DNA of 64,000 nucleotides from assembly GCA_951406725.2 (NCBI GenBank), contig OX597814.1:8990001-9054000 (forward strand), in the 5' to 3' direction. Under the pieces are notes generated by a model. The model saw only the letters and a list, made by a program, of their open reading frames with translations. It was not told where the DNA came from and did no database searches. The position numbers and the translations under genes are program-made. This DNA is from Octopus vulgaris (taxonomy: Eukaryota). This document shows, one piece after another, positions 35,944-48,782 of the stretch (its first letter is position 1; every line of letters begins with the position of its first letter).

Positions 35944-36305
35944 AAGAGCAAGTAAGTGCCACAAACAAAAAATAGATAGATGACAACACATGCCTTCACT
36001 CACTCTCTCATGCACATGCACACATAAATACACATCCATTTCACATACACATACATACATCTTTCACTTTCTCCTCTCTTTCACTTTCTGCTCACACTTC
36101 AAAGCAAATATCACCTTTTCACTTTCTAATCCTACTTCAAAGCAAACATTGCCTTTTCACTTTCTCCTCTCTTCAAAGCATAAAGAAATAAAAAAATTTT
36201 ATGGAAATTAACAAGCAATCATATGATTCCATATGGTAGACCATAGGATTGAATTGACAACTTTCCTGCTTCAAACAAAAGAATATCATAAAATAACTTC
36301 CTTTG

Positions 36306-36350
<45 letters not shown>

Positions 36351-37491
36351 GCAACACTTCTCTATGAATTATGTTTGTTCTTGTTATGTGCACACGCAAA
36401 ATTACAGCTCAAATCCAATTGAAATCACCTTTTTATATTCTTTAATTCGTGTTTGTGATGACTATTTAAAAACCTGATCTTTGATATGCACTTAAAAGGA
36501 AGTTCTCCCAGAAATCCTATCCTTTACCTGTTGTTTCTAGCATGTCCAAGGTGACATTTGTGTCCCCCACCCCCACCTGATTTTTTTTTTTTTTAATTAT
36601 TCCAATCGTTATGTTTTCAATACAGGAAATTAGTCTTTCACCCAAAAATATGTTCTCAGTATTATAATTTTCTCCCTTCCCACACAAATTTCTTCATTTT
36701 TTACTTTTTCGAAATTCTTTATTTGGTTATCCACAGCCAAAGCAAACAGAGAGTATGAATCTTTAAGAATTTTCTTTTTGCTGAAAGAAACACTAAAATC
36801 TCCTTCCCAAACATCCACCCATCACCTCACTACTTTCAAAAAGCTACAACCTCCCAATGTTTCACTTTTAGCCTTTTAGAAAGCAGGGAAATTTAATGTT
36901 GTTCACCAGTTGTTTCTAGCATGTTGGGTTTTCTGGTAGTTGTCTGATATTTTTTACATTTACAATTCTACACATGGATGAAATATCAGACAGAAGTGAA
37001 ACACTGGGTGTCTTTAGCTTTTTGAAAGTGGGTAGGTGATTGGTGGGCAAGGTGAGAGAATGTTGAATGTTGAATGTTTAAGATAAAAATTAAACTTTAA
37101 AAAAAAAACAGATTTCCCAGATTCATAATCTCTGTATCTTTCTACATGGAAAATAAGAAATTAAAAAAGTTACAAATTAAGAAAGTGCAGTGGGGATGGA
37201 GATGGTGGGGGGAATTAAAATTCTGAAAACTCGATTTCAGGGCAAAATCATATTAACCTTCTTTTATACAATGACACAATACATTGTTTGTGCTCTTTCT
37301 TAAGAACAGAGAGCGCTTTCATGCAAACCCATGCAGATTGTAACCTTCCCCGACCATTATTTTTAAACAAACAATAACTTTCATTACACCAGTAATCCAG
37401 TTCACTATATAACAGTCCCATAAGAAAGGAACAAATAATACAATGTGGCTGTATATCCTGACACCCGGGCAACACCGGGATGCATTGCTAG
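34794..37491 (+). mobile_element. Non-autonomous Helitron-like element
   Basis: A|TCTATCTATATATAAA-(TG)n start; hairpin cccgggcaacaccggg at 37464-37479, then CTAG|T at 37488-37492; internal direct and inverted duplications. Confidence 0.72.
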
Positions 37492-37526
37492 TACATATAT
37501 CATAATAAATAAATATATATTTTTTA

Positions 37527-37568
<42 letters not shown>

Positions 37569-37577
37569 CATATTATA

Positions 37578-37782
37578 AGGCAGCAAACTGGCAGCATCAT
37601 TAGCATGATGGATGAAATTCTTAGCAGTAATTTGTCTGTTGTTACATTCTGAGTTTAAATTCTGCCAAGGTTCACTTTACCTTTTATGCTTTCAGAGTCG
37701 ATAAATTAAGTACCAGTGAAACACTTAGGTCGATGTCATCGACTCATTCCCTCCCCCAAATTCCAGATGTTGTGCTTGTAGT
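37578..37782 (+). mobile_element. tRNA-derived SINE (type B)
   Basis: Similar to 30708-30910; preceded by (TTA)n. Confidence 0.75.
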
Positions 37783-37784
37783 AG

Positions 37785-38202
37785 GGCCGATGCCAGTACC
37801 CCCTGACTGACTCCCATGCCAGTGGCATGCAAAAAACACCATCCAAACATGGCCAGTGCCGGTACCCACTGACTGGCCCCTGTGCTGGTGGCACATAAGA
37901 AGCATCATCTGAACATCGCCTATGCCAGTGCCCCCTGATTGGCCCATGCCGGTGGCACGTAAAAGGCACTGTCTGAATATGACTGATGCTAGGCCTGCCT
38001 GACTGGCTTCTGTGCCAGTGGAACATATAAGGTGCCCCCTACACTCTCGGGGTGGTTGGTGTTAGGAAGGGTATCCAGCTGTAGAAACTTTGCCAGATCA
38101 GACTGAATGCTGGTGCAGTCACTGGCTCTCCAGATCTCAGTCAAATGGTCCAATCCATGCGAGCAGGGAAAACAGACATTAAACGATGATGATGATGATG
38201 AT
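37785..38202 (+). mobile_element. RTE 3'UTR fragment with (GAT)n tail
   Basis: gttaggaagggtatccagctgtagaaac..cattaaacgatgatgatg. Confidence 0.8.
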
Positions 38203-38668
38203 ATCATTTAAAATATTCATATTATATATTACCTCTATGTATGTATGTATGTATGTATGTATGTATGTATGTATGTATGTATGTATGTATGTATGTATAT
38301 ATGTATGTATGTATGTATGTAAATAGATATATATACACACACATACAGACATACCAACATATCCAGTGCAAAATTATAAATAACATGAAGATGAGGTGAA
38401 GAAAGGAAAATAGATATAAAAGTCATTTACATTTCAAACATACACTCTTCTTCAAGAAAAACAGAAAATGGAACATAAAATATAGAGAGAAAAAAAACGA
38501 ACATGTCTGAATTGGACTGTCACTGTAAGCTGAAATGACCAGAGGAGGAAGAGGTTGCTAAAGGCATAAGTGGCAAGGGGGATAACTGTGAAACTTTTAC
38601 CGATGGGTGTGTGAGCACGAACATCAATGCATGACATGTGTGTATTATAAGCTGTATATTTGTGTGTC

Positions 38669-38704
<36 letters not shown>

Positions 38705-39048
38705 AGGCTATGTGACACGTGTGTGTGTACATTAAACTATTACGTGCATATATACTGTATGCATGGTTATGTGTGTGGCTGTGTGTGAACATGTGTGTGC
38801 GTGAGTCCTTGTTTTCTGTTTATATGTTCATACATTTGGGCTTATGAAGCTATTATGTGTGTGTATATCTTGTGTGTGTGTTAAGTGTGTGAAACTGGAT
38901 AGAGGTGTTTGGTGGAAGATGGGTGGGGAAAGTGGTAGGTATTGGGAAGTGTAGGTGTGTTATGATATGTTAGTTAGTTAGTTAATTTGGCTCAAAAGCA
39001 AATAGCAAGGCCATGTAGGGGGACATGGAGTTAAGTACAGGGTGGTGT

Positions 39049-41934
39049 TCATGAAAAGAGTTCCGGCCACTTGAGGTCCAGGGAGGCTTTGAACAAAGCG
39101 GTCGTCGGCATCTTCACTATCTCATCTGGCAGCTTGTTCCACAGATCCGCAACCCGGACGGAGAAAGCTCCTCTCCTTCGATTGAGATGAAATCGTCGCA
39201 GGTAGAGCTTTTCGGAATGACCCCGCAGCCGACGCTCTGGAGCAGGAGTGAAGAACAGCTCTTTCAAGAGGTTACACTTTCCGCTTATGATGTTGTGGGC
39301 GAGAATGAGATCACCACGGCGGCGGCGTTTTTCAAGAGAATAAAGGTCGAGCGTCCTCAGCCTTTCTTCGTAGGACAAATTTTTGAGACCATGAACCATG
39401 CGGGTCGCCAGCTTCTGGACTCTTTCGAGATGCTGTATGTCTTTGAGGAGATAAGGAGAAGAGGCTTGAATCCCATACTCCAATATGGGTCTCACCAGCA
39501 TGACATAGAGTGGTAGGAATATGGCTGCTGTGAGCATTCCGAATGACCGTCGAATCAAGAACAGAATTCTGCGTGCTTTGTTGGCAGCATGGACGCACTG
39601 GGCTGAAGGCGAAAAGGAGGAATCCACCAAGATATCCAGGTCCTTTACCTGATCGGTCCTCTCCAGCAGCAGACGACCCGGCTCGAAATCAAGTTAAGTT
39701 GCAGGAGTAGAGCCGACAGGCAGATGACAGCACTTTGACACGTTCAGACACAGGTCCCAATCGTTAGACCACTTCCAAATTTGGTGGAGGCATCGACGAA
39801 GATCCTCTATATTACCGCGAGGAGCGACCTGTTTGATATCGTCAGCAAATAGAAGGGTGTGTTGCATGAGGTCGTCGGGCAAGTCATTTATGAAGACTAA
39901 GAACAACAAGGGCCCAAGCACTGAACCTTGAGGCACGCCACTGCTCGCACTGGAGACGTCGGACCGCGAACCATTAACTTGGACTTGGAAGGAGCGATCT
40001 GAGAGGAAGGCACCAACCCATCGTACAATATCCGGATGGAAACTATATGCTTGAAGCTTGACAAGTAATAGGCGGTGGTTTACCGAGTCAAAAGCTTTGG
40101 CAAAGTCCAATAAAACGATGTCAACAGCATCACTATCATCGAGGATGCGCGTCACCAATTCTTCCATTACTAGTAAGTTGGTCAAGCATGATCTCTTCGG
40201 CACGAAGCCGTGTTGGGAATCAGAGATAGAGGCTGTGTTTAGGAGGTGGAGCATCATACTTTTATTAAGGATGGTTTCGAACGTCTTGCTGATTATTGAT
40301 GTAAGGGAAACCGGTCGGTAGTTAAGCGGGTCTTCGCGGCTCCCTTTCTTGAAAATTGGGCAGATTATCGCTGTTCTCCAGTCTGCAGGTATAACACCCA
40401 TCGCCAATGACATATTGAATAGTCGTGTTAAGGGCTCGCAGATGACCGGAGCCAACGCTTTGATAACCCGTGGGTGTATGCCGTCAGGGCCGTGACCCTT
40501 GTTGACATCGAGGCCTTGAATAACACGTTTGACTTCGTCCCGCGTGATGACCAATCGAAGCATTGGAGGTACCGATTTAACAAATGGAGGGGGTTCACGA
40601 CCATCATCTTGCTTGAAAATAGTTGAAAAGGCTTCGGCAAATAACTGACTCTGTTGATAAGGGTCCTCAATCGATACGCCTGTTGAGTCTACCAACGTTG
40701 CAATCTGGTTGTTCAAGCGGGAATTCCGCTGGACATGGGCAAAGACGATTTTTGGATTGCTACTGGCATTTGCCGCGATTTTGTATTCATAACTGCAGCG
40801 TTCTTTCTTTTCAATTTTCACGGCTCGGTCTCGTTGAGTTTTGTACACCTCAAAAGCTGCAGTCGAATCCAGACTTTTGAATTCAGCCCAAGCAATATCT
40901 CTGAGTCGACGTTCTCGTTTAACCTTCGTCACCCAGGGCTTGTGTTTCTTCCTCTTGAGAAGCCCAACGGGAACTGCCTGGTCAGTCAAACAGATTACAT
41001 ATGCTTTGAGGGATGACCATAGTTCGTCAACTGAGGACAACATTATCAGGGATCGCCAGTCCAGAAGCGTGGAAGCCTCGGTTAGAATTTCAAGATTAAT
41101 TGCAGAGAAGACTCTACGTGGCAGCGAAGTAGTCGTGGGCGTAGAAAAAGTTGTGTGCATGACGAACTTCAGGACCGCATGATCACTCTTGGCAAGAGGG
41201 GCGCACACAGATACGTCTGACACTGATCTTGGATAGTGGGAGAATACCAGATCTAGCATAGATGGCTGCTGCCCAGACCGATGCCTTGTCGGATATTCAA
41301 CATGTTGCGATAGAAAACAATCTTCAGCCACGTCAAGAAGGGCCTGGCCGAACCGGGAAGATGTTGTACAAATTGATGCGGGCCAATCGATCGTGGGAGC
41401 GTTGAAGTCTCCTAGTACCAAACAGTCATGCGAAGCTGAAACGAATCTTATCGCCTCGAGTAAATGAGCATCGTCCTGGGGGTCGGCAAGAGGCGGCCTG
41501 TAGACAGCCAACACGGGCAGGCAAAACTCAGATAGGCTCAGCTTGCAATAGACGGCATTGAATTTTGTTGTAGGTTGAGCATTAGCGGGTAGAATACCGC
41601 TGGACGGTTTGTGCTCAGACTTAACATACACAGCAACACCTCCACCTCGCCTTTTTCCTCTGTCACATCTGAAAAGGACGTAGCCCTGCAGGTGGATTTC
41701 TGAGTCCTTTACTACTGGAGTCAGCCAAATCTCGGTGATAGCTATCACATCAGGGGAGTCACGTATGGCCAGTGTAAATAGTTCACTGAACTTTGGGAAT
41801 AAGGAGCACGAGTTGGTGTAGACGATGCTGAGCTGTGAAGTCTGAGGGGCGGGAGTTGGGGAACAAGCAGAATAAAGGGTATCAGAGATAGCATCGTTGA
41901 CGGGGGTATCAACTTCTCTTCGATTTGCCCTCAC
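39049..41934 (-). pseudogene. LINE ORF2 (APE endonuclease plus RT) with one in-frame TAA at 39694-39696
   Basis: ORFs 39694..41934 and 39049..39630 are in the same frame; YTN, ITEIW, GGGV, YRPP, GDFN, SDH; GPDGIHP, NYRPVSLTS, DFAKAFDSV, GVPQGSVLGP, FADD; RRRGDLI, LRGH. Confidence 0.9.
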
Positions 41935-43046
41935 ATCACTTTCCCTGTCAGCACTACAGCATGGGACCAGAGGTAGGACTTGATTATCTGTCCATCTTGG
42001 ATTCGTAAACCCTTCTCTCCTATTTGTTTCCTCATCTTTAGCTCGGATATTGGATTTCTCCGGCGAATTCTCTCTCTTAGTGAGTACTCCTCGCGAAAAC
42101 CCATATTGGGGTCCTCCCAGGCATGCGTCTGAGCTCTGTTCAGAAAGACTGAAGCCTCCCGATCGGAGGAAAAGATTACCCTTATTGGGCGTGGTCTAGT
42201 ATCTGAGGTTGGGTTCGCTTGGAATCTTCCTAGCCGAGCGACCTTATGGACACTGACATTTTCGTTCACAGAGAACAATTCTCCAACTAAAATGGAAACA
42301 AAATTAATGTCATCTTTTAGGCGGTTTATGCCTGTATCACAGGTGGATTCAGCTCTACCGTAAATTATTGCTGATCTTGAGTGGGCAAAATGTTCTCTAC
42401 TATGAGCTGCGGTATTCGATTCTTCATTGGAAGATTTCGAAAGGGTGGTTTCATAGCCATCGGACTTATGTCGGCCTGTGGGGTCGATCGGAATCGGTTT
42501 GGGGGAGCACCACTCCCCAGATGAACTCACATCGAGATCGTTCAGAATTGGTTGAGCAACGGCATTAATGGGAAGGACAGGTGAGGGAGAATCCAAACAG
42601 ATTTTATCGTGATCAGGTTTCATAGCTAAATCTGACCCACTGGAGTTTTGACTACGTTTCTTCTTCTGGGGAGAACAACGGTCTTCAGGTGGGTTTGAGT
42701 CTACGCTCCTCAAATTAGGTTGGGGAACCTCCGGGACCGAAAAGGCAGGTGAGGAAGAATCCGCACAGGAACGATCATGTGCAGAAACGACCGCCGGTTC
42801 CTTCGCCTTCTTTGGCCGCTTCGATTCTGTTCCCTTCGGTTTGGACGTCTCCTGGGAAGAAATCAAGGGTGACTCTGCGTCAACAGGAGACTGTTTATTC
42901 AGTAAAAGAGCAACAACAGACTTTAGGTGCTCGACCTCTTGTTTGAGCAACAGCAACTGCTCGTTGAGCTGACTATTGGTAGGACCATCATCTTGATGAG
43001 AAGCCCTTCTTGCAGATCTCAGTTTCGATCCGTAGGTAGCTGACAT
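41931..43046 (-). CDS. LINE ORF1 protein (371 aa)
   Basis: ATG start, N-terminal coiled-coil-like segment, C-terminal RSAIIYG..ES / RLGR..RPRPIRVIF / S..ER..R motifs typical of CR1/L2-group ORF1. Confidence 0.82.
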   Translation of the reverse strand: MSATYGSKLRSARRASHQDDGPTNSQLNEQLLLLKQEVEHLKSVVALLLNKQSPVDAESPLISSQETSKPKGTESKRPKKAKEPAVVSAHDRSCADSSSPAFSVPEVPQPNLRSVDSNPPEDRCSPQKKKRSQNSSGSDLAMKPDHDKICLDSPSPVLPINAVAQPILNDLDVSSSGEWCSPKPIPIDPTGRHKSDGYETTLSKSSNEESNTAAHSREHFAHSRSAIIYGRAESTCDTGINRLKDDINFVSILVGELFSVNENVSVHKVARLGRFQANPTSDTRPRPIRVIFSSDREASVFLNRAQTHAWEDPNMGFREEYSLRERIRRRNPISELKMRKQIGEKGLRIQDGQIIKSYLWSHAVVLTGKVM

Positions 43047-44689
43047 GATGGATGGTTGACTAAAAACAATCTTCTACGGGCTCTAGGACAAATCGGAGTT
43101 AAATCAGGAACAAAAAACAGGTGCAATCCTTGTAGGAGTAGGCAACAGCAGACAAAATCTGAGAGAGTTTGGGCTGAGCCGAATCACAATCCAAGATTGA
43201 AAGCAGACGGTGCACGAGTCGGGAACCCTTCCTAATTGTCTGAAGTAGCTTTAGGATAAGGGATAGTATGTCCAACTTTAGAATATTGATATGCATGTAA
43301 CATGTTCCACACGATTAAATATCATTTGACGTGCCATTTAGTACTCCAATAATTGCATCTGCGCATGTTTGTATATGTGTGAATACTGTGTTTATGTGCG
43401 AGAAGGCACATGTTTTTGTCTATCGTTAATTCAGATTATTAATTTTTACTTTTTTCACGTTTTTCCCTTTTAAAGTATTCCTCGGTGTCATCGTCAACTT
43501 GAAAGTTTCTAATTGTAGCGATAGTAGTAACAGCAGCAAGTTCTGATAGCAGCAGTAGCATGAAGAACGATCGGTCAAAGAGAGTTCAAATTGTCCGCAA
43601 CAGTGTTGATGGAATTTACGAACAGTGACTTTGACTTTGAGAAAAATCAAAGGAGGGGCCGACTATAAACAGTACTTGTGAATAGAGTCATGTACGAGCA
43701 GAGCGAAACTATAAATAGCATTTTTTCTTTTCTTTACTTTTTTCCTTCTTATTCACCACGTTTTTTTTGTTTTTTTTTTCCCTCTTATTCTTCACGTGTT
43801 TAATAATGTGATTGCAATAAAGGCATGTCTGCATATATCGGGTAGTCAAAAAGAAAATAAATGATAGCTGGTGTTTACGTCCATACTTTTAGCGTGCATT
43901 TAATTGTGTTGTTACAATAAAGGCATTTTACATAATCTGATACTCAAGGAAGAGGTGACGGCAAAATGTTCGCACAAAAAATGGAGATATTTATGATTCT
44001 AAACTTTTTGTCCCAAACTGTAGGTTTGGAACTCTTTAACTTATTTTGAGAGAAATTCAAATTACTCACAGAAAATAGTAGATCTTCCAGTAATTACAGT
44101 TGTTTATCAGTAATCCTGCTGGGTTGTATTTGTTTTTCTGTGTCTTCTGTGTCTTTGGCCGCTGACAGGTCAGGAGCAGCGAAAACACTTCAGCCTCAGC
44201 TGAAGGCTGGAACTATATGTGTGGAACTATATAGTTGCTGTTATAAGCGTGCGGATGGGTAGCATGAGGGGAGGGTGGGTGCTATTGTGGGCGAAGGAAG
44301 AGGAGAAGGTGTGAGTGCGTGTGGATGTGTGTACATACTGTTTGAATGTGTTGGTGGGTGTGTGGTGTTGGGTAATGAGTTCAACGGTGTAGAGTAGGTG
44401 TGTGTGTGGGTGGGTAGATGTTCAGGGGACACTGGGAATGTAAAAGGTGGATGGCATGAAGGAGGGTTTGAAATGAAAAGGGATGGAGAATTTAGACTGT
44501 AAGAGAAATGAGTGGTGTGGAATGGAGTGTAACAGAAGAAGAGATCAGCATTGCATCAGACATAAGTTTCTTTAAATGGAATGTAACAGTGATGACATTA
44601 TTTATAATTATCCAGATTTTGGGGACTGGTCAGTGATCAAGTGTCTCAAAATCTATAAACTCTGAGTGTTACACAAATAGAAATCACCC

Positions 44690-45040
44690 CGTCCTTCCTG
44701 TAGCCAATTGCCACATGTTTCCAAATGAGGGAATACTCCCCCATGGTCAGACACATTTTTCATGGAAGACCGAAAATGACACAACATCACTTGTGTGATG
44801 GTGATGTTCATTTACAACCATCGTGTGCTGTCAACACCTGGCTACTCACCCTCATACACACACACACACATATATATGTATGTATACACGATGAGCTTCT
44901 TTCAGTTTCTATCAACGAAACCCACTCCTAAGGCTTTGGCCAACCACTGACCTATAACAGAAGACACTTGTCCAAAATGCTGTGAGTGGAATTGAACCTG
45001 AAACCACGTGATCAGGAAGCAAGCTTCTCATCCACACTTG
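44690..45040 (-). mobile_element. tRNA-derived SINE (type A-related)
   Basis: Minus strand gtgtggatgagaagcttgcttcc..ggttcaattccac..ttggacaagtgtcttctgttatag resembles the head of the SINE at 20600. Confidence 0.7.
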
Positions 45041-45083
45041 GATCTAAAAAGAAACATTAACTATAAAAAATGGTATTACTAAC

Positions 45084-46619
45084 CTTTCTGCACAATGGCT
45101 GCAGCAACCCCTCCCTTATAACTCAGTCTGCCATTTGCAGCATTAACAATAGCAGCTGTGTCCAGAGTCGTGATGTCACCTTCCCTCAACACTATTTCAC
45201 AGTTCTTATACACAAAATTAAGTATTTCTTCTGTTTCATTTCCTAAAGCTAGATTTAATGATATTATGCTCTCAGATTTCTTCTGCATTTCACACAAGAA
45301 ATTGTTTCCTTCTTCACTTTCCAGAAATTCTTGAAATCCAAACATTTCAAAGTTTACTTCTTTTGAACTGATATCTTTTCTTAAATTTTCTATAAATGTT
45401 TCCATTTTCCTAATTTGGTTTTGTGTTCCTTCCAGGTGTAACTTATTATCTTTGAGACACACATTCTTTATTTTATTTTTCTCACCAAAGTCATTGATTT
45501 CCTGTTCTATGAACTCTTTAAGAAAGAGGAAATGTTCAAGAGGCATCGATATATAAGATTCGTAAATTAAAGATTGCTCAAAGTCATCAATTTTGCTTTT
45601 TATATCATTAACTACAGCATCAACAGCAACAATAGAATTTTCACCAATAAAACAGAAATCTGGAAACTCTTCTTTTAGACTTTCAACAAATGTCAGCCAC
45701 TTTCCATGATTTGGAGTATCCTTAATTTTGTCCACAAAATCCAGTGTATTGGCAACAAAAGTTTCTTTCATGATTTCTTCCAGAAGTGAAAGATGTGTTT
45801 TATCACTTGCATAAAGTATTACTGAATCACCATCACCCGTTTCCCATGAACCAATACATTTCTTGTTTCTCAGTTTTTCATCAAGATATTCTTTCACTGA
45901 TTTTTTATTTATGATTATTCCAGTATTTAAAGGCAAACACAATTCAGATTTTACAATTGACCGAAGAATTTCATACATATTCTTTTGACAATTAGTTACT
46001 TCGGAATATTGGCCTTCAAAAATAACTTTGTTACTTTCTGCTGTAACTTTTAGACCTTCAAATTGTCCTTCTGCCTGCTCAAAAAATCCGAGACCAGATA
46101 GAATACGTCTTTCATGAATATTTAAATCATCCTCACATTCCATTCTAAGATTATCCAAAAGTCTTTTTTTCATTTTAATTACATTACTTTTATCAAATCC
46201 CAGAATATGAGCTTTATGATATCGGAAATCAAAATAAAAATACATATCATCATCTTCACTTTTAAATGTTCTAACAATGTCTTCAAAAATTTCATCTGGA
46301 ACATCAAGAGTTTCAACAGTAATGGAATTTAATAAATCTTTCAAACATTTTTCAATTTGCTCAGAATATTCTTCAGAATATTTTAATTTCAGTGTATTAA
46401 TCTTGGAATCTTCCCAAAGAACTTCAGCCAAAGTCTTTAATTGGTCATTAACTTCAGTTCTATGTTTCTTTAAAAAGGTCAGATGGAACTTGGAAGGTAG
46501 TAAATAGTCATGGACTTGATGTCTTGAAATGGTATTTTCTTCAGATGGTTTCCAGAATGGTTGAACATCTAACTTCACATTTTGCAGTCGATGTCGTCTT
46601 CTACAAACGTCCAGCACAA
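45084..46619 (-). CDS. PARP14: Large (1536 nt) exon of PARP14-like gene: RRM end, KH-like repeats, start of macrodomain
   Basis: Open 524-aa frame; polypyrimidine-ttttag acceptor at 46621-46620; donor g|gttagt at 45083; ends IVLREGDITTLDTAAIVNAANGRLSYKGGVAAAIVQKG. The symbol is a family-level inference from domain order. Confidence 0.88.
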
Positions 46620-46824
46620 CTAAAATTATGGAAAAGTAAAAAGATAAAATCATTTCATTGGTGAGGGATTAGGGGTGAGCTGGGGAGTTCAGTGGGTAAA
46701 GACAGAAAAGTATTTGAAGACAGTTATATGTTATTATTATAATACATTAGCAAAAACAAAAAAATATAATCAACATTTAACTGATACTAAGTAAACACTA
46801 TCTCTATTAATGATAATAAATACT

Positions 46825-48782
46825 AGAAACATCACAGGAATGGTTTCAAATTTTGGCACAAGGCCAGCGATTTCAGGAGGCTGGCTAAGTCAATTACATC
46901 AACCCCAGTGCTCAACTGGTACTTCTTTTATTGACCATAAACATCACTGGAATTTTGGTTTCAAATTTTGGCACAAGGCCAGCAATTTCAGGAGAGTGGC
47001 AAAGTCAATTACATCAACCCCAGTGCTCAACTGGTACTTATTTTATTGACCATAAACATCACTGGAATTTTGGTTTCAAATTTTGGCACAAGGCCAGCAA
47101 TTTCAGGAGTGTGGCTAAGTCAATTACATCAACCCCAGTGCTCAACTGGTACTTATTTTATTGACCATAAACATCACTGGAATGTTGGTTTCAAATTTTG
47201 GCACAAGGCCAGCAATTTCAGGAGAGTGGCAAGTCAATTACATCAACCCCAGTGCTCAACTGGTACTTATTTTATTGACCATAAACATCACTGGAATTTT
47301 GGTTTCAAATTTTGGCACAAGGCCAGCAATTTCAGGAGAGTGGCTAAGTCAATTACATCAACCCCAGTCCTCAACTGGCACTTATTTTATTGACCATAAA
47401 CATCACTGGAATTTTGGTTTCAAATTTTGGCACAAGGCCAGCAATTTCAGGAGAGTGGCTAAGTCAATTACATCAACCCCAGTCCTCAACTGGCACTTAT
47501 TTTATTGACCATAAACATCACTGGAATGTTGGTTTCAAATTTTGGCACAAGGCCAGCAATTTCAGGAGAGTGGCTAAGTCAATTACATCAACCCCAGTGC
47601 TCAACTGGTACTTATTTTATTGACCATAAACATCACTGGAATGTTGGTTTCAAATTTTGGCACAAGGCCAGCAATTTCAGGAGAGTGGCTAAGTCAATTA
47701 CATCAACCCCAGTGCTCAACTGGTACTTATTTTATTGACCATAAACATCACTGGAATTTTGGTTTCAAATTTTGGCACAAGGCTAGCAATTTCAGGAGAG
47801 TGGCTAAGTCAATTACATCAACCCCAGTGCTCAACTGGCACTTATTTTATTGACCATAAACATCACTGGAATTTTGGTTTCAAATTTTGGCACAAGGCTA
47901 GCAATTTCAGGAGAGTGTCTAAGTCAATTACATCAACCCCAGTCCTCAACTGGTACTTATTTTATTGACCATAAACATCACTGGAATTTTGGTTTCAAAT
48001 TTTGGCACAAGGCTAGCAATTTCAGGAGAGTGGCTAAGTCAATTACATCAACCCCAGTGATCAACTGGTACTTATTTTATTGACCATAAACATCACTGGA
48101 ATTTTGGTTTCAAATTTTGGCACAAGGCTAGCAATTTCAGGAGAGTGGCTAAGTCAATTACATCAACCCCAGTGCTCAACTGGTACTTATTTTATTGACC
48201 ATAAACATCACTGGAATGTTGGTTTCAAATTTTGGCACAAGGCCAGCAATTTCAGGAGAGTGGCTAAGTCAATTACATCAACCCCAGTGCTCAACTGGTA
48301 CTTATTTTATTGACCATAAACATCACTGGAATGTTGGTTTCAAATTTTGGCACAACGCCACCAACTTCTTGAGAGTGACGAAGTCAATTACATCAACCCC
48401 AGCGCTCAACTGGTACTTATTTCATTGACCATAAACATTGGTTTCAAATTTTGGCACAAGGCCAGCAATTTCAGGAGAGTGGCTAAGTCAATTACATCAA
48501 CCCCAGTGCTCAACTGGTACTTATTTTATTGACCATAAACATCACTGGAATGTTGGTTTCAAATTTTGGCACAAGGCCAGCAATTTCAGGAGAGTGTCTA
48601 AGTCAATTACATCAACCCCAGTGCTCAACTGGTACTTATTTTATTGACCATAAACATCATTGGAATTTTGGTTTCAAATTTTGGCACAAGGCCAGCAATT
48701 TCAGGAGAGTGGCAAAGTCAATTACATCAACCCCAGTACTTAACTGGTACTTATTTTGTTGACCATAAACATCACAGGAATA
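46825..48782. repeat. Tandem array of about 17 units of 115 bp, derived from a SINE 3' half
   Basis: Unit starts 46931, 47046, 47161 ... 48759; contains ttggcacaaggccagcaattt..caattacatcaaccccagtgctcaactggtacttattttattgacc, the reverse complement of the type B SINE tail. Confidence 0.92.

Larger units (their letters stand above)
38968..43260 (-). mobile_element. Near-intact two-ORF CR1-group LINE
   Basis: 5'UTR, ORF1, APE-RT ORF2, short 3'UTR and (AACT)n tail (gttagttagttagtta at 38968-38984); 5' boundary approximate. Confidence 0.9.

Noticed and set aside
43330-44230. Additional exon or DNA transposon between the LINE and the large exon
   Set aside because: No convincing ORF, terminal repeats or TSD, and the flanking exons already join in frame.
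46825-48782. CRISPR-like array or repeated 77-aa protein genes
   Set aside because: Units are contiguous with no unique spacers, there are no cas genes, the context is eukaryotic, and the ORFs are by-products of the 115-bp period.
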